Source: Caecitellus pseudoparvulus | Lineage: Eukaryota; Protista; Bigyra: Bicosoecida | Length of the DNA: 64,000 nucleotides | NCBI GenBank assembly: GCA_965644315.1 | Contig: CBFFRQ010000006.1 | Location: 1-64,000 of the forward strand | Direction of reading: 5' to 3' | Notes under the pieces: generated by a model | The model's input: the letters and a program-made list of their open reading frames with translations, nothing else | What the model was told of the DNA's origin: nothing | Database searches by the model: none | Program-made: the position numbers and the translations under genes | Shown here: positions 1 to 12,695 of the stretch, piece by piece | How the letters are laid out: the number at the start of each line of letters is the position of its first letter | How positions within the stretch are numbered: position 1 is the stretch's first letter

Positions 1-2
1 CA

Positions 3-905
3 ATTCGCACCAAGGTTCAGACTCCACGGGCAGGATTCTACAACCCAACGCAGACAAAAAACACACCTGGTGGCGTGATGGGGGCCCGGGCACCTGAGCG
101 GTCTGGCGCCTCGGACACGCCAGGGCCAGGGGCGTACAGCGTCGTGTCGCCAGCTGGCAAGGGCGTGAGCATGGGCGCGCGTCTGCCTGAGCGGGCGGCC
201 GAGGCGACGCCTGGCCCCAGCGTCGTGCACGAGTCACGGCATGTGCGCGGTGGCGTGATGGGAAGTCGTTTGTCCTACGGCGGCATCTCCGACGGTGCAA
301 GTGGTGGAGCTCGGTACTTCGCACCTCGGCCTGTTTCGGCTCGTCTTCTTTCAGGGGAGAAGGTTGATGGTAGCATGTGGCAGTCAAGGGTTGGTGGTCC
401 TTTTTCAGCTCGCCCTAGATCTCGTGGTCAGTCTGCCTCTTTGTCTGGTGATGGTGGGGTTGGTAGATATGGGCGAAGGCTTGGCACATCCCCTCGCGCT
501 TCTCGAAGGTTTCGGCATAGAAGTGGACGGTCTATTGTGCTCACTTCCCCCTACCGAAAGCGAAGTGTGAGTGGCGCAAGCTCTGTTCAGTTCAGTGAGG
601 CTGGACCGACATCAGGCACTGGTCCGGAGCAGTCCCTCGCCAGCCCCCCACTATCCCCGGGCGCCAGTCACGGTGCGGAATATTCGTTCGATGCTAGGTC
701 TCTCTCTGGATCAGCTTCATTGGGCCCTCCAAGCAGGCAGCCAACCAAGCCCGGGGAGAGTCTCTCCATTCGAGTACGGTCGAAAGACCGGCCACAGTTC
801 AGCGGTGGGCGTCGGCTGGTGCAGCCTGAACCCAAGCTCGGTGTTGGGTACATTGCACAGAGTAGCACGCTCGCAGGCCCTTCATTCACCATGCGGCCAA
901 GGTAG
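3..905 (+). CDS. Sperm-tail PG-rich (SHIPPO/ODF3-like) repeat protein, 3' part; frame open to the window edge
   Basis: The frame is open from nt 3 (IRTKVQTPRAGFY...). It has recurrent TPGPGAY, TPRAGFY and TPGP motifs, paired 'MGAR' motifs and a terminal GPSFTMRPR, typical of SHIPPO repeats. Confidence 0.65.
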   Translation: MRTKVQTPRAGFYNPTQTKNTPGGVMGARAPERSGASDTPGPGAYSVVSPAGKGVSMGARLPERAAEATPGPSVVHESRHVRGGVMGSRLSYGGISDGASGGARYFAPRPVSARLLSGEKVDGSMWQSRVGGPFSARPRSRGQSASLSGDGGVGRYGRRLGTSPRASRRFRHRSGRSIVLTSPYRKRSVSGASSVQFSEAGPTSGTGPEQSLASPPLSPGASHGAEYSFDARSLSGSASLGPPSRQPTKPGESLSIRVRSKDRPQFSGGRRLVQPEPKLGVGYIAQSSTLAGPSFTMRPR

Positions 906-919
906 TACTCGGATCCGTC

Positions 920-927
920 AATGCATT
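920..927. terminator. AATGCATT palindrome in a convergent intergenic spacer (candidate bidirectional 3'-processing signal)
   Basis: Lies between the stops at 905 (+) and 977 (-). The same 8-mer recurs in three other convergent spacers. Confidence 0.5.
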
Positions 928-976
928 TCAGTTTTGCTTGGGAGTGTTCATCAAGCTTGCACTACGTTTGCCGTGA

Positions 977-1480
977 CTACGCTTGCTTGGCTTTGGCTGC
1001 AGCGGTTGGCGCGGAGGCGGAGAGGAGAAAAGCCATGAAACAGAGGGTAGTAAGCAGAATGTGACCTCGCAGCACGGTCACCAGGTCCTCTGCGCGCTGC
1101 ACACCTTCAGAGGTGCTAGCGCGCTGAGATGCTGGGCCCATAAACAGGACAAAGTACGGCGCGGCGCAGCAGAGCGCCACAAGCTGCACGATGTCCTGCC
1201 AGCTCCGTCGAACTACAAGCTGCAGCACGGAGCAGCAAGCCAGGACCCCGATGCTCCCCATGATGACGGCTCCCATGTGTGGTGTGGTGGTTGTGTTGCC
1301 GTAGTACTCAGCAGCCGCCGCAAATGCGGGCAGTTCGGCCCTGCTGGGCGAAACAGGGGAAAAAATGTCATAGTCAATGGCGGCGAGAACGTGGCGATCG
1401 AAAGCAAGGTCAACAGCAAGGACGCCAAGCAAGACCCCGATGACGAGGGTCGTCAGCAGCTGAGCGGCAGAGTAGGACAT
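977..1480 (-). CDS. Small multi-pass (about 4 TM) membrane protein with C-terminal KxKxx ER-retrieval motif
   Basis: ATG at 1480 (MSYSAAQLL...), four hydrophobic segments, a DLAFD...YY motif, and C-terminus KAKQA*. Confidence 0.7.
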   Translation of the reverse strand: MSYSAAQLLTTLVIGVLLGVLAVDLAFDRHVLAAIDYDIFSPVSPSRAELPAFAAAAEYYGNTTTTPHMGAVIMGSIGVLACCSVLQLVVRRSWQDIVQLVALCCAAPYFVLFMGPASQRASTSEGVQRAEDLVTVLRGHILLTTLCFMAFLLSASAPTAAAKAKQA

Positions 1481-1655
1481 GGTGTTGTGCGGGAATTGAC
1501 ACCACCACGCCAATAAACCAGGCGCTCGCACACAGGCGGTTGAGAGAGGGCCAGTGGTCAAGATCGGGTACTGCACGAATAAGTTGCGCCTAAGTGAATT
1601 GCCCATCTCTTTCTGCTGCAACTTTCGAAACTAGCAATGCTCGACAGCTGCGATT

Positions 1656-4600
1656 TCAACCGCACTCGTCCGAAGGGCGGAGTTCCCCAACGTACATGAA
1701 CTGCAGGCTATTCCCTGAAGCCGCAGCATCCACCGCAACAGCTCTTAACGTTTCACTCAGGTTGAGGTGCGCGCCCTCTCCTCCGTTGAGCTGGGCGCCG
1801 GCCGCACCGGAGGAGGGGCCACCCTCGCTCATGCTGGACAGAGTCGCTGTGCTGTCACTGTCGCTGTCTGCGCCATGCTTGCTCGGCACTTCTCGCAGCA
1901 TCCCAGCACTGGGGAGTGGCATCAATGCGCTGTGTGTGGTGCCGCCCCGTGGCTTCGACTCAGGCAGCCCCAAGTGCGTGGTCTGCACGCCCAGTCGCAG
2001 CAAACGACCCGCAGCAGGCAACTTGGTGAGGAGCGATGCCACAGCAGTGGGGGATGCCACGCCGCCGCATGCCGGAGCGAAGACGGGGTTTGTCCGGGGG
2101 TTGCCGGTGGGTGGCTCTGGCAGGAGAACGCTCTCTGGGACGGGGCCAATGCGCCACACAGCCAGACGTCGCAGGCCTGTCGCCACGGGCAGCAGAGACA
2201 CGCCCAAGCGCTGGACCAAGCTGGACACGACGCTAGGTGCGACGTGGGGGGTGAACGAGAGGGACAGAGTGTGCAGGGCCTTGCACTGGCCCATCGCAGA
2301 GGCAAGCATGGACACATGGTCTGGTGTGAGCGGCGTGGGACCCCGTCGTCTCGAGCGCCCCCCCGCTTCTCCCTGCCGGCCCATCAGCACGGCAGCCGCG
2401 ACATCCCCCAGGGTTTGGGGGGCGGAATCGCTGCCAGCGCCCACGGACACCGCCGCGTCCAGGCGGGTGTGCGTGGAAAACGACGCGAAGGACACCACGG
2501 ACACGGCGTCAGACCCGGAGCGGTCAGGGGAGGCCGGGCCTCGCTTGCCCTTGTACGACTTGGTGCCGGTCCGGCCCCGACTGCCAGGACTGCCGGTGCT
2601 GGAGCCGCTGCCGAAGTTCATGGCACGTGTTCCAGGCCTGAAGGATGTCGAGACGCGCTTCGCCCTGGCCTTCACGCGGGGGGCAGCACCCTTGCTCCCC
2701 GCCTTCCCCTTGGCTGCTCGGGCTGCCTTGCGATCCAGCACCGCCTGGGCTGACGGCGGCAGTCCGTTGGCGCTGAACAGTGCGTCGTCGCCGGCACTTG
2801 CAGTGTCTGGCAAGCTGCTTTCCTCGGGTGCATGACTCGTCGAGTATGAGAGAGCGAATGCGGCTTCTTCTGGGGTCAGGGATGCCAGGTCACGCACACC
2901 AGCCTCGGAGGGTGGTGCTGCCGCATCGCCAGCCTTGGGCGGCGCGCGAGCTGGGCTCTTGCGGCTGCTGGCTGTGCCGCCCACGGCAGATTGCCGCCGC
3001 GATTTGACGCTGCGCTTGACTGCCGAGGCGGTCGGCGCCTTGGAGCGGGCCAGCGTGTCCCGCCGTGCGACAGATGAAGCCAGGCCGCCGCTGTCATCGC
3101 TCCACCCCCCCACGCTGCCTGCGCGTGGCGTCCCCCCGCCGCCACCGCCGCCCTGGCCTTTGCGGAGGAAGGAGGGCGTGCGTCCAGCTCCTTCACTGCG
3201 ACCAGCGGTGACGGCAATGGTGCCTCGTCGCTGCTTTGTGCGGGAAGCCGCTGTTGTGGCCACCGCCACAGATCGCCGGCGGGCCTTGGCACTGCCCTTG
3301 CCAGGCCCCGGACCACCCCATGTGCCGTGGTCAGCGAGTGCGTCCACGAATTCAGCATTCTTGGCGGCTGCGGTGTCTTTGGACGAGCCTGAGGCAGATG
3401 TCGCGCGGGATGTTCGCGTGCGATGTGGGGTCGCACCTTCATCCGCCTCTTGGGGGTGATCGTCGCCCCAACCAGGTGGATACCCGCCCTCCAACTGGCC
3501 ATACCTGTGGGCAAACTTGTACAGCGTGTACGCAGAAGGCGATGCGAGAGTGGCCGCGCAGTACACCAGCGAGTCTTTCCACACGTGCAGAGCAGCTGCC
3601 AGAGCAAGTGCTGCCTGTGCATCGCAGGATGTGCCTGTCAGGTCCAGGCACCGCAAGGTGGGGGAGCTGCGTCGAAGCGCCGAGAGAATGGCCACCATGC
3701 CGTTGCCCGGCACGCCCCAGTGCCGCAGCTCGCATCGGATCAGCGGTGAGACGTGGCGGAGGCCCTTGATGAGGGCCTTCACCCCTGCCCTGGCCATGAG
3801 GGTGTTGGCAGCTGGTGGGTTCATCTCAGGCATGAACACGTTGGCGTCTCTGTCGACGTCCACCTCTGGGCGGGGCGGCACGACGCCCCCCGCCATCTCA
3901 AACCGTGCAGAGCGCTGGCCCTGCCACGTCCACTCCTCAGGCGGCGTGCGTGTGTCGTACCAGTCGGCGGCGTGGGAGCCGCCAGGGTGCCCGTTCAAGG
4001 CCAGGGACTTGAGCAAGGGCCAGGCAGTCAGGCTCTGACCCACCATGGACACTGTTCCCGCCGTGATCTTCAGCTCCGAGAGCGTGAGGGAGTTCAGGCG
4101 CCGACAGTTAAGCAGGCCAGACACGAGGGCCGTGGCGCCGGCATCCGACACCGTCACATCCCGGCTCAACTCAAAGCTGTTCAGGGTCACAGCCGTGCCG
4201 ATGGTGTACCCGAGCGCGGCAGCGCCTGCATCAGTGAGGCAGCAGTTGGTGATGTGCAGGGAGTGCAGGTTCCCTGCCGAGGCCAGGGCGCTGGCCAGGC
4301 CTGCCCCGCCAGCATGCCCGAGCGGGGTGTGCCGCAGGTTAAGCTGGGCCAGAGGCAAGGGCGACGTTTCCAATGTGGCGGCCAGTGCCTGCATGTCGTC
4401 CCCTGGGTTGGCTGAGGAGACGTGGGACAGGGTCAACTCCGTCAACTCCGTGCACCAGGCCAGGGTGGCGGCGAGGGGGCGGAGGTGGAGCTGCCCGCCG
4501 TCGTCCCGCCCTGGCACGAACTCGTCCCCCGTGGCCACGCTGGCGCCGTCGTCGCTGTCGCCGAAAGACACACCGCGACGGGGCGAGGCAGACTCGGCTT

Positions 4601-7600
4601 CGTCTGCGAAGCGCGCCGTCTTCTTCTTGCGGGAGCGGGGCGAAGCTGCGCTGCGGCCCTGGGGCAGGTGCCCCTCGTCCATGCGCACGGCATCGCAAAG
4701 GAGCCAGGAGGGGGAGCTCAGGGCCAGCTGCGTCAGGTGCTTGGCCGTGATCCACTTGGCCAGGCCAGTGGCCACGCCGGCGCCGCCGTCACTCGCCACG
4801 TCTTCATCCGCCACAGCGCCCGCCGAGGCGCCTTCGAACACGGACCCGCCAACTGTGGAGGCCACCTTGGATCCGCGCCGGCTGCCAGCCTTGCTGCCGA
4901 CGACGCTCTTGGCAGCGCCACCGCGAGTGCCGTCTGTGATGATGACGTCACCCCGTGCGACACCCTTGTCGGCATGGCTTGCGACCAGGTGCTGCAAGAC
5001 AGAACGCAGGGGAGCCGGCAAGCCATCCATGCCACAGTCCAGCAGAGGCTCCACTTCCGAGAGGTGCAGGATGAGCGGTGCGGGGGGGGGCGCCTGGCCC
5101 TGCTTTCGGCGCTGACGAGGGGTGCGGGGGCTGGCAGCAGCTGCCTGGGCCAGGGCACCTTCGGCCGAGTCCACTGCACCCGCGACCAACTCCAAGACGT
5201 CCAGGTCGCCGTCGGCGAGCCCGTGCAAGAAGGCCATCTCTGGGCGCATGCTCGTGGCTGTCGTCGGAGGTGGGGTGGAGGAGGGTGACGCGCCCCCCCC
5301 CCTGCCCGCCTGCCACCCCCGCCGAGATGAGCGGAGGGGAGTCGGCGCCTCACCGCTGTACAGCAGCTGCCCCTCCTCGATGTGCATGTCGGAGGGCAGG
5401 CTCATGCCGTCCAGGGCGCGGGAAGGCGTCAGGCCCGATCGCGCCAGGGCTCCCTGCATGCGGCCGGTGTTGCTGCGTGTGGACGCCCACTTGGACGCCA
5501 AGGTGCCCCCCAGGGCGCCGCTCGCAGGCAGGACATCGGCGCCCTGCAGGCCCGCCTGTGCAGGGCCGCGGGTGTCTTCCCCTGCAACTGGGTTCGTGGC
5601 TTCTGTGCTGGTGTCCGCAGTGGGCTCCAGCACGCTGAAGACGAAGGAAGGGATGTGCGGGTCGGCGTCGAAGCCGACCTGGGCAGGCGTGCCGGGGTCG
5701 GCGGCAGGTCGCACAGCGACGCTACTGCGCCGACGCCCCCTCCCGGGGCCGCCTGTCCTGCTGCACACGGAGCTGCTGCGCGCGTCCAGGCGCAGCACGG
5801 CGCCGAGCGCGGCAGAGCCCCTGCGTTTGCGCAAGCTGCGCAGGTCAGCCTCGTCTGCCTCGCTGACGCTGTGGGGGAAGTGGATGTGGGATGGGGCGGA
5901 GATGCGCAGGGAGGTGAGGGTGTCTGCTGACGTGGCCACCACGGCCGCTGCCTGCCCTGCGTCGAACTTGTCAGCTGGCAGGCACAGGTGCAGTTTGGCC
6001 AGGGATGTGGCGGAGCACAGCGCCTCCCACAGGCAGGTGGAGGGGGTGTCCGAGCCACCGCCCAGGCCCCCCGCCTCGTCCAGGCCAGAGATGTCCCCCA
6101 GGCCGTCACGCCCCCCCCGCGCCAGGTCTTGCATGAATGCCACCGCGCTAGCGGCGCGGGCGGGCGCCCACGTCCCCTCCCCATGCAGGGACGCGTAGCG
6201 ATCCGAGTACCAGCCGCGCAGGGACGGGATCCACAGTCCGGTGTCCAGCTCCCGCAGACGTGGGCCCACCGTGCGCAGAAGTGGCGCCAGCAGCTGCCCC
6301 AGCACGTGCGCCTGCTGCACATCGGAGCCTTCCTCACCCACGACGGCGCCCTCCGCCACAGCGGCCATGCCGCCCAGCCCAGCGGCGTCCATGGCGATGT
6401 CTCGGGCGGCGCCACGAGGCAGCAGGGAGGGGGGGGTGTTCCCCGGCAGTGTCAGGCCTGCCCAGACGAATGAGCGCAGGCGCCTGGCGGAGAGGAGGGG
6501 GGGCAGTACCAGGGCCAGGGATGGCGCCGTCAAGCGGGCGGTCATGGTGGGCAGGAACGCCAGGGACTTGAGCTTGGGCGCCAGGCGAGAAAGAAGGCGC
6601 GTCAGGCACGCTACCACCGGCGGCGAGAAGCACTGGACGGTGCTGGAGTGACTGCCCACCACATCCCCAGCTGACGCCGCCTGGGCCTCAGTATGGGCCA
6701 GAGCGGGCAGCTCCACGTGACCGCCCGCCGCCAGAGCCACCACTTGCTGGCACTCGACCAGGCCCTCCAGCAGGTCGCAGCAGTCGGTCGGCGTTGCGAC
6801 CTCCAGCACTTGGCCCAGGCCCAGAGATCGCAGGTTGGGCAGGCACGCCAGCCAGGCAGCGACTGCGGACCCCACGCCCGGCGAACGCAGGAAGCGCACA
6901 CGCAAGGTCAGGCCTGTGATTTCCGCCAGACAGACGTGGCGCAGACTGCGGGCTACCGCCCCTAGGTTCAGCAGCTCGTCGGGGTACAGAAACGCTCGCC
7001 CAGCCACCACCCGCAGCACCTTGCGTGCCCGTGCCGCAACCAAGCGAACCGTCGCAGGATCGCGCTCAAAGCCTGCACTGCGAAGGGCAGACGTGGAGGC
7101 AGCTGGGCCTCGGCTGGACTGCAGCATGAGCTGCATGGCCGCTGTCTCAGCGAAGGGCGTCCCTGCATCTGGCGGCGGCGGGCTGTGTGTCTCCTCCAGC
7201 AGCGTCGCTTCCCGCCGCAGACGCCGCCTGCGTTCCTTGGGAGACTCCTCCTGTCCCGGCGCCGCGCTGCGAGGGGGGGCCCGCAGCGCCATGGGCGACG
7301 CCTGCAGGAGCAGGTTCGAGCCGGCCAGCCTGGCGGGCGAGGGCAGGGCGGTGTGCTGCGTGGCCGTGGCCAGGGCGCGGACAGAGGCCACCTCGTGCGA
7401 GTGGTGGAAGGCGAGAGAGCGCAGGAGGGCTAGGTCTGTGCGGGCGGGGCACGGGGCGTGTGTGTTTGTGTGTGAGAGGAAGTGGGTGGCGCACTTGGCC
7501 AGGCAGGAGCCAAGTAGGGCAAGGCACGCACTCTCAGCCGCATCCACCTCCGCCTCACGCTCCGTCACGTCTAGTTCATACGCCGCCATGCCCAGCTCCG

Positions 7601-8110
7601 CGTTGATGTCCGCCACGGTCGCGATGTCCAGCTCTTGCAGTGAGGAGAGGGAGACGTCCCCCTCTGCCAGCTGCAGCAGGGCCGAAGACGCCGCCTGGCC
7701 GCCATCCACGGCACTGCGCACCATGGGCGAGGCAGCCATGACCTGCATGGGTGTCTGGCTTGCCTTGCTCTCGAAATCTGCCCCGGGCTGCACGTGGAAG
7801 GCGTCTGCGGCGCGCGAAAGTGGCGGCGTGGTGCTGATGCAGTCGCTGTGCAACAGCCTGCAGCGGACGCAAGCACCGACCCCGCACACACACCTGCTCC
7901 CTCGCGGTCGTCTGCATCGCCTGGAGACTCCAGGCCATCGTCGTGCACGCTGCCTGCCTGCTCGGCCAGCGCAGCTGCCTTGCGGAATGCTGCCGGGCTC
8001 ACGTGCACTGCTTCTTCCAGCGGCACTCGACCTGCTGTGACGGCGTACAGGGGGTGGGCCTCTGACGCCAATGGACCGGCCCCGCGAGGAGGAACGGAGT
8101 ACTGTGCCAT
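1656..8110 (-). CDS. Large (~2,100 aa) leucine-rich-repeat protein of RNI/NLRC3-like LRR type with long low-complexity regions
   Basis: Exon 1 (8110-7894) joins the 2077-aa ORF through a phase-compatible GT-AG intron at 7893-7805. Repeated LxxLxLxxxxLxxxGxxxLxxxL units (e.g. LAQLNLRHTPLGHAGGAGLASAL, LHSLHITNCCLTDAGAAALG). A second in-frame intron near 7440-7530 is possible. Confidence 0.75.
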
Positions 8111-8942
8111 GGAGGTGGGAGCTCGTCGATCGGGCGCTTCAAGCGTCGAAGGCAGCTCACACGAGCAAGCTGCAGCACGTCGCTGCGACGAGTGCCGAGC
8201 ACAGCACGGACTCGAGCTTGGCCCAAGCGCTCATCGAAGCACGGTCCGGACTGGTTGCATTTCAGCACAATATGGGGGTGGGCTTTTTAGAATTGATTGA
8301 ACTTGCCATCTTGAATCGAAGGGTTCACAGCGAGATCTCCGAGTTGGCTTGCTCGCTTGCAGTGTGAACATTTGCGCATACCAACGGGAGCAGTGGTGGA
8401 GACCAGTGACAGTGTTGGGAGCTGTGGATATACAGTGTACAATAGTTATAATCCTTCCTGCATCAGCCAAGCTTCCGCTTTCTTGGAGCACAGAAGCCTC
8501 AAACATGGCGTGTCTTCAATTTCCGCAGCTAAAACCTACCACGCCGGTGCCTTTACACGGCAATTCCGTGGAAATGCAGAGCAACAAACAGTAAACCCCG
8601 CACTAACGATGGCATGAACCTTATTTCCTTTCAACATAGTGCCTGAAAGTACCTCTAGCCGCAAAAAAGTGAGTGAACGGCACGAGCCAAACCCCAATCG
8701 GGTTCAGATTCTGCGCCCATAGTTTAGCAAGCTCTGCCTCCCCCTTGAAGCAAAGCGCGAAGAAAGGCCGCTGCGAGGCGTGTTAAGTATTCTGCTGTGA
8801 GCGTAACTGAAGCAGCGGGCCAGCCATATCGTCACTGTTTGTGTCACGAGTCCGTGATAATGACTCTGTCTGTGGCACATCTACTTACCCTAATGAAGAC
8901 CACCCAAGAATGTGAGCTGACTGCATTTCTACATGGGGCACC

Positions 8943-10474
8943 TCAGCGATAGAAGTCATACTCCGTGTCTGCCCGCTTGATGACCTTCTTGTAGGCAATG
9001 TCAAAGTCCTTGGTGAGCACGACGTACCGGTTGTTGCGCACAGCTTGCAGACCAGCCTCGGCGGAGATGGCGGAAATGTCCGCAGCGGAGATTTTCTCGG
9101 GGCGGTTCACGTAGTCCTCCAAGTCCACCTCCTCGGCCAGGTTCATGGAGGAGGTGCAGGCCTGGAAGATGAGGCGCTTCTGGCGCCGGTCGGGGTGCGG
9201 GAACTCCACCTTGCGATCCAGACGCCCAGGCCGCAGCAGAGCCGGGTCCAGCGTGTCGATGCGGTTGGTGGCCATGATGACCTTCACGTTGGTGCTCTGG
9301 TCAAAGCCGTCCATCTGCGTCAGCAGCTCCAGCAGCACGCGCTGCACCTCCCTGTCCGCGCCAGTGCCCGAGTCGAAGCGCTTCTGGCCGATGGCGTCCA
9401 CCTCGTCGATGAAGATGATGGACGGGCTCTTCTGCTTGGCGAGGCGGAACACGTCCCGCACCATGCGAGGGCCCTCGCCCAGGTACTTCTGCACGAACTC
9501 ACTGCCCACCATGGAGATGAAGGTGGCAGTGGTGGCGTGGGCGACTGCCTTGGCCATCATGGTCTTGCCAGTGCCGGGTGGTCCGTACATGAGCACGCCA
9601 GAGGGAGGGTCAATGCCGATCTGCTGGTACAGCTCAGGGCTGGACAGAGGCAGTTCGACGGCCTCCCGCATCTCCTGCTTCTGCACATCCAGGCCGCCAA
9701 TGTCGTCGTAGCTGACGTCAGGCTTCTCCGTCATCTGCATGGCTTGGATGGTGCTGTCAGCCTCAGGAGGCAGCACGTCCACGACCTGCGAGACAAGAAG
9801 CGGCAAGCATGCACATGGAGGGTGGACACAGCCCGCTGAGGTGGCATCAACGCACTGCGTGGGAGTGCCGGTGGGTGGAAACAGTGGCGTTGGTCTTGAG
9901 CAGCTCCCTGTCGATGGTGGACAGGACGCGCACGAGCGAAGTGGAGTTCCCCGACTGGATGACACCATAGTGCTCATCAACCATCTCCACGAACTGCCCG
10001 ATCTGCAGGGGCACGGCCTGGATGCGCTTGATCTCCTGCGCAACGAGCAAGGCCAGCAGGCGTGGCGGGTGTGGTCAGTATGAAACGCAAGCCGCAACGC
10101 CAGCCCGTGAAACGCCAGCGTCCCTGCGGTCCGCACCTCCTTGGCTCGGATGGTCTCGCGCTTCAAGTTCTTGATTTCATCCTTGATGTACTCCTCCTGC
10201 GCCGGCACCGACTTGGGGCGCTTGTGCAGCGCCCGCGCGCACTTGCCTGTCGCTGAAATGCCGCACCTGGATCGTGATGAACTCAAGCTGCTTCTCTGCA
10301 GCCTTCACCCGAAGGTACAAGTCCTGCTCCTCGCCAGACGTAGCCACAGCCTGCAATTTAGAGGGGCGTGCAGTGGGCACACCACCAGCGCCTTGTGCGA
10401 CGCCATTTGCGTACCTTGCCGTCAGTGGTCTCGCCAGCCCCGCTCGGCTGGCTGCCGCCCAAAATGACATCCAT
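8943..10474 (-). CDS. PSMC4: 26S proteasome regulatory AAA-ATPase subunit 6B (RPT3), multi-exon
   Basis: [20 protein letters not shown], Walker A GPPGTGKT, Walker [22 protein letters not shown] and C-terminal YDFYR. Exon 1 (MDVILGG...DGK) splices in phase 0 to [12 protein letters not shown]. Confidence 0.96.
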
Positions 10475-10714
10475 GTTGCCGCAGGAAAACGCAGCAAGTC
10501 GGTCTGATCAACAAGCACAGGCTGCAGGGAGGTGAGCCTTGAGTTCGGACGATTGTATTTGCCGCAGCCAATTGACATCCCTTGGCAGGGGTAGCAAGTC
10601 TTGATGCGCTCTCTGGTTTACAGCAGGAAACCACCTGTCGGCCACAGCATGCCGCACAGGAGGCAGTGGCCACTCCATGAACATGCATTGAAGCCTGGGG
10701 CACTTGATGCGTGA

Positions 10715-11853
10715 CTAATCCTTCTTGGCCTTGGCCGGCTTCAGGTACGCCTGGACGTAGAAGTCCGCAAAGAGCCAGAGGAAGATGGAAGCCTGCACCA
10801 GCAGCTGCCAGGCAGGGACAGAAGGAGCCGCACACCCCCGTGCCGGGTCAGAGAGGAAGAGAATGTCCACGGCCTGGTAAATGTACGTCAAGAACTGCAC
10901 GATCTGGAAGCCGGTCAGCAGGGGCTTGACGGGCAGGCTGATGCCGATGGAGCGGAGGCCGTAGTGACTGCAGGCAGCAGAGGGACATGGGGATGAGCGG
11001 AGCTATCAGCGCCAGGATGACCACGCAACGCGGCAGCACAGGGGCACTCACCTGTACATGAACGTGTGCACGAGGGAGTTCAGGAAGCAGCACCACCAGG
11101 CCTCGCCACCTGGCAGGTATGTCGTGTTGAAGAACCAGGTTGGGAAGATGACGCTTGCGTGGTGGTACACGTGCAAGAAGGAGACCTGTGATGGACAGAG
11201 CAACGGTGCCGAGCGGGTTACAGCGCAACGCAGCAGCAGTTGGCGCGACCCACCTGGTTCCAATTCTGCTTCAGCACCATGATGAACGTGTCTGACAACT
11301 CCAGAACCTTGGCCAGGAAGTGCACATAGATGATGCTCGCCAGGCGCAGTGCCCAGGGGTTGCTCCAAGCCTGGCGCTGCCCGCTCGGCCCCTGGTCAAT
11401 CGGGTGGCACCAACGGTCACGGTTGCTGAGCAGGCTCTCCAGTCCGTACAGGTGGTGGAAGGAAAGCACAGACTCGTACACCATGTAGGCCGACAGAAAA
11501 GCACACACTATGTTGTACACGAATACGAGAGGGGTCAACTTGAGCTTCGGGAACCCAAGCGACTTGACAGCCAGTGACAGCACCACGAGGCCAGTGAGGT
11601 AACCAACCACCACGCCGATGGGGAGCACCGGGGTGCCAACCAGAGGCCATTCTTGAACCCTTGCATCGGCACCGGGCTGAAATACCGCATCAAATTGCGT
11701 GCCTCGCTCAAACCCGGCATACTTGGCGTTCAAGCTGCCAACAAGACCAGAGCTCTCGATTTCCGCAAGCCACCGAAGGCCGGCATGGAACGCCGGCTCC
11801 AGGGCATGCAGGGGGCCGTACAGGCCAGGGAGGGGGCGGGAAAAGTTGGACAT
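10715..11853 (-). CDS. ELO/GNS1-SUR4 family very-long-chain fatty-acid elongase, multi-exon
   Basis: KxxExxDT motif (KVLELSDTF), FLHVYHH histidine box, NSLVHTFMY, TGFQIVQF and C-terminal KAKKD ER-retrieval motif. Confidence 0.93.
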
Positions 11854-12377
11854 ACTAAGTCAATGCTAAGGGGCACGATAAAAGGCTGCTTAGTCTTCTA
11901 CCTGCGGGCAGAGAGTGGTCGGAGTGAACAGGTTTGATCCGTAGTTGGAGCAGCGTGGCCACAAACACATACACCTGCTTCAACTCGAGGAATTTCCGAC
12001 TTCTAGCGAGAAAGATTCAGGCAGGAGAAACAAATGAGGTTTCTAGAGCAAGGCACACCAAAAAATGAGCAGTCAGTAGCTTGTGTTGCCTGGAGCGCGT
12101 TTGCAGGGCGGGCGCCAGAAGCACCCACAGAACCAGCCAGCGACCACAACATCGTCCGCACGGGAGATTGTCAACTGCTCCTCGAACAAAATCATCTGCT
12201 CCGCGTGTGCAAGGGGGGCCAATGATGATTCAATGCGGGTCCAAGCTTGAACCTCAATTGCGTCCACACTCTGTGCAAGGCCGCAAACTCGCAGCGCATT
12301 GCTGCCTCAGCAAGTGCGGAAATTGGGACACGCGCCTCCCCTCCGGCACCTCGCAGCCTTCCAGTTGCGCACACAGG

Positions 12378-12695
12378 ATGGGAAGCTGTTGCAGCAGCAC
12401 TTCTGCATCAAGTGCTGAGGGTGCAGGGGTGTCGGTTGAAGAGAAGCGAGCCCGTGCAGCAGCTGCAGCCGAAGCAAGGCGAGCTGGCAATGAGCACCGG
12501 GAAGGGCACACTGGCATCAGCGCTGATCGCCAGGGCGACCTGCGCCACGACGCACAGCGGCAGCAGCTTATCGGAAAGATTGAGGCGTACTGCCAGGCCA
12601 ATCGCAGAGATCCCCCCTTCGGGATCAGGGCAGCCTCCCTGGAAGCGTTGCGCCGCCAGTGGGACTCCATGCGCGGCGGCGGCGCGCATTCCTGA
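12378..12695 (+). CDS. Small lipid-anchored SVIP-like protein with a putative p97/VCP-interacting motif
   Basis: MGSCCS N-terminus (myristoylation plus palmitoylation pattern). EKRARAAAAAEARR fits the VIM consensus Rx5AAx2R. Confidence 0.6.
   Translation: MGSCCSSTSASSAEGAGVSVEEKRARAAAAAEARRAGNEHREGHTGISADRQGDLRHDAQRQQLIGKIEAYCQANRRDPPFGIRAASLEALRRQWDSMRGGGAHS

Noticed and set aside
1594-8040. Numerous long plus-strand ORFs (300-400 aa) antisense to the LRR gene
   Set aside because: Shadow ORFs expected from stop-codon scarcity in high-GC coding DNA; Arg/Ser/Ala-rich with no motifs.
8111-8942. Lower-GC 830-bp intergenic region with TGATAA/TGAAGA...CTGA words (possible box C/D snoRNA or other ncRNA)
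   Set aside because: No convincing box spacing, terminal stem or tRNA cloverleaf by eye. It more likely holds the LRR promoter and the RPT3 3' UTR; an Rfam scan would be needed.
9785-10414. Frame changes in RPT3 and other genes that could suggest pseudogenes or introner-type repeated introns
   Set aside because: The breaks examined are explained by phase-compatible GT-AG introns, and the introns compared share no sequence similarity beyond splice sites.
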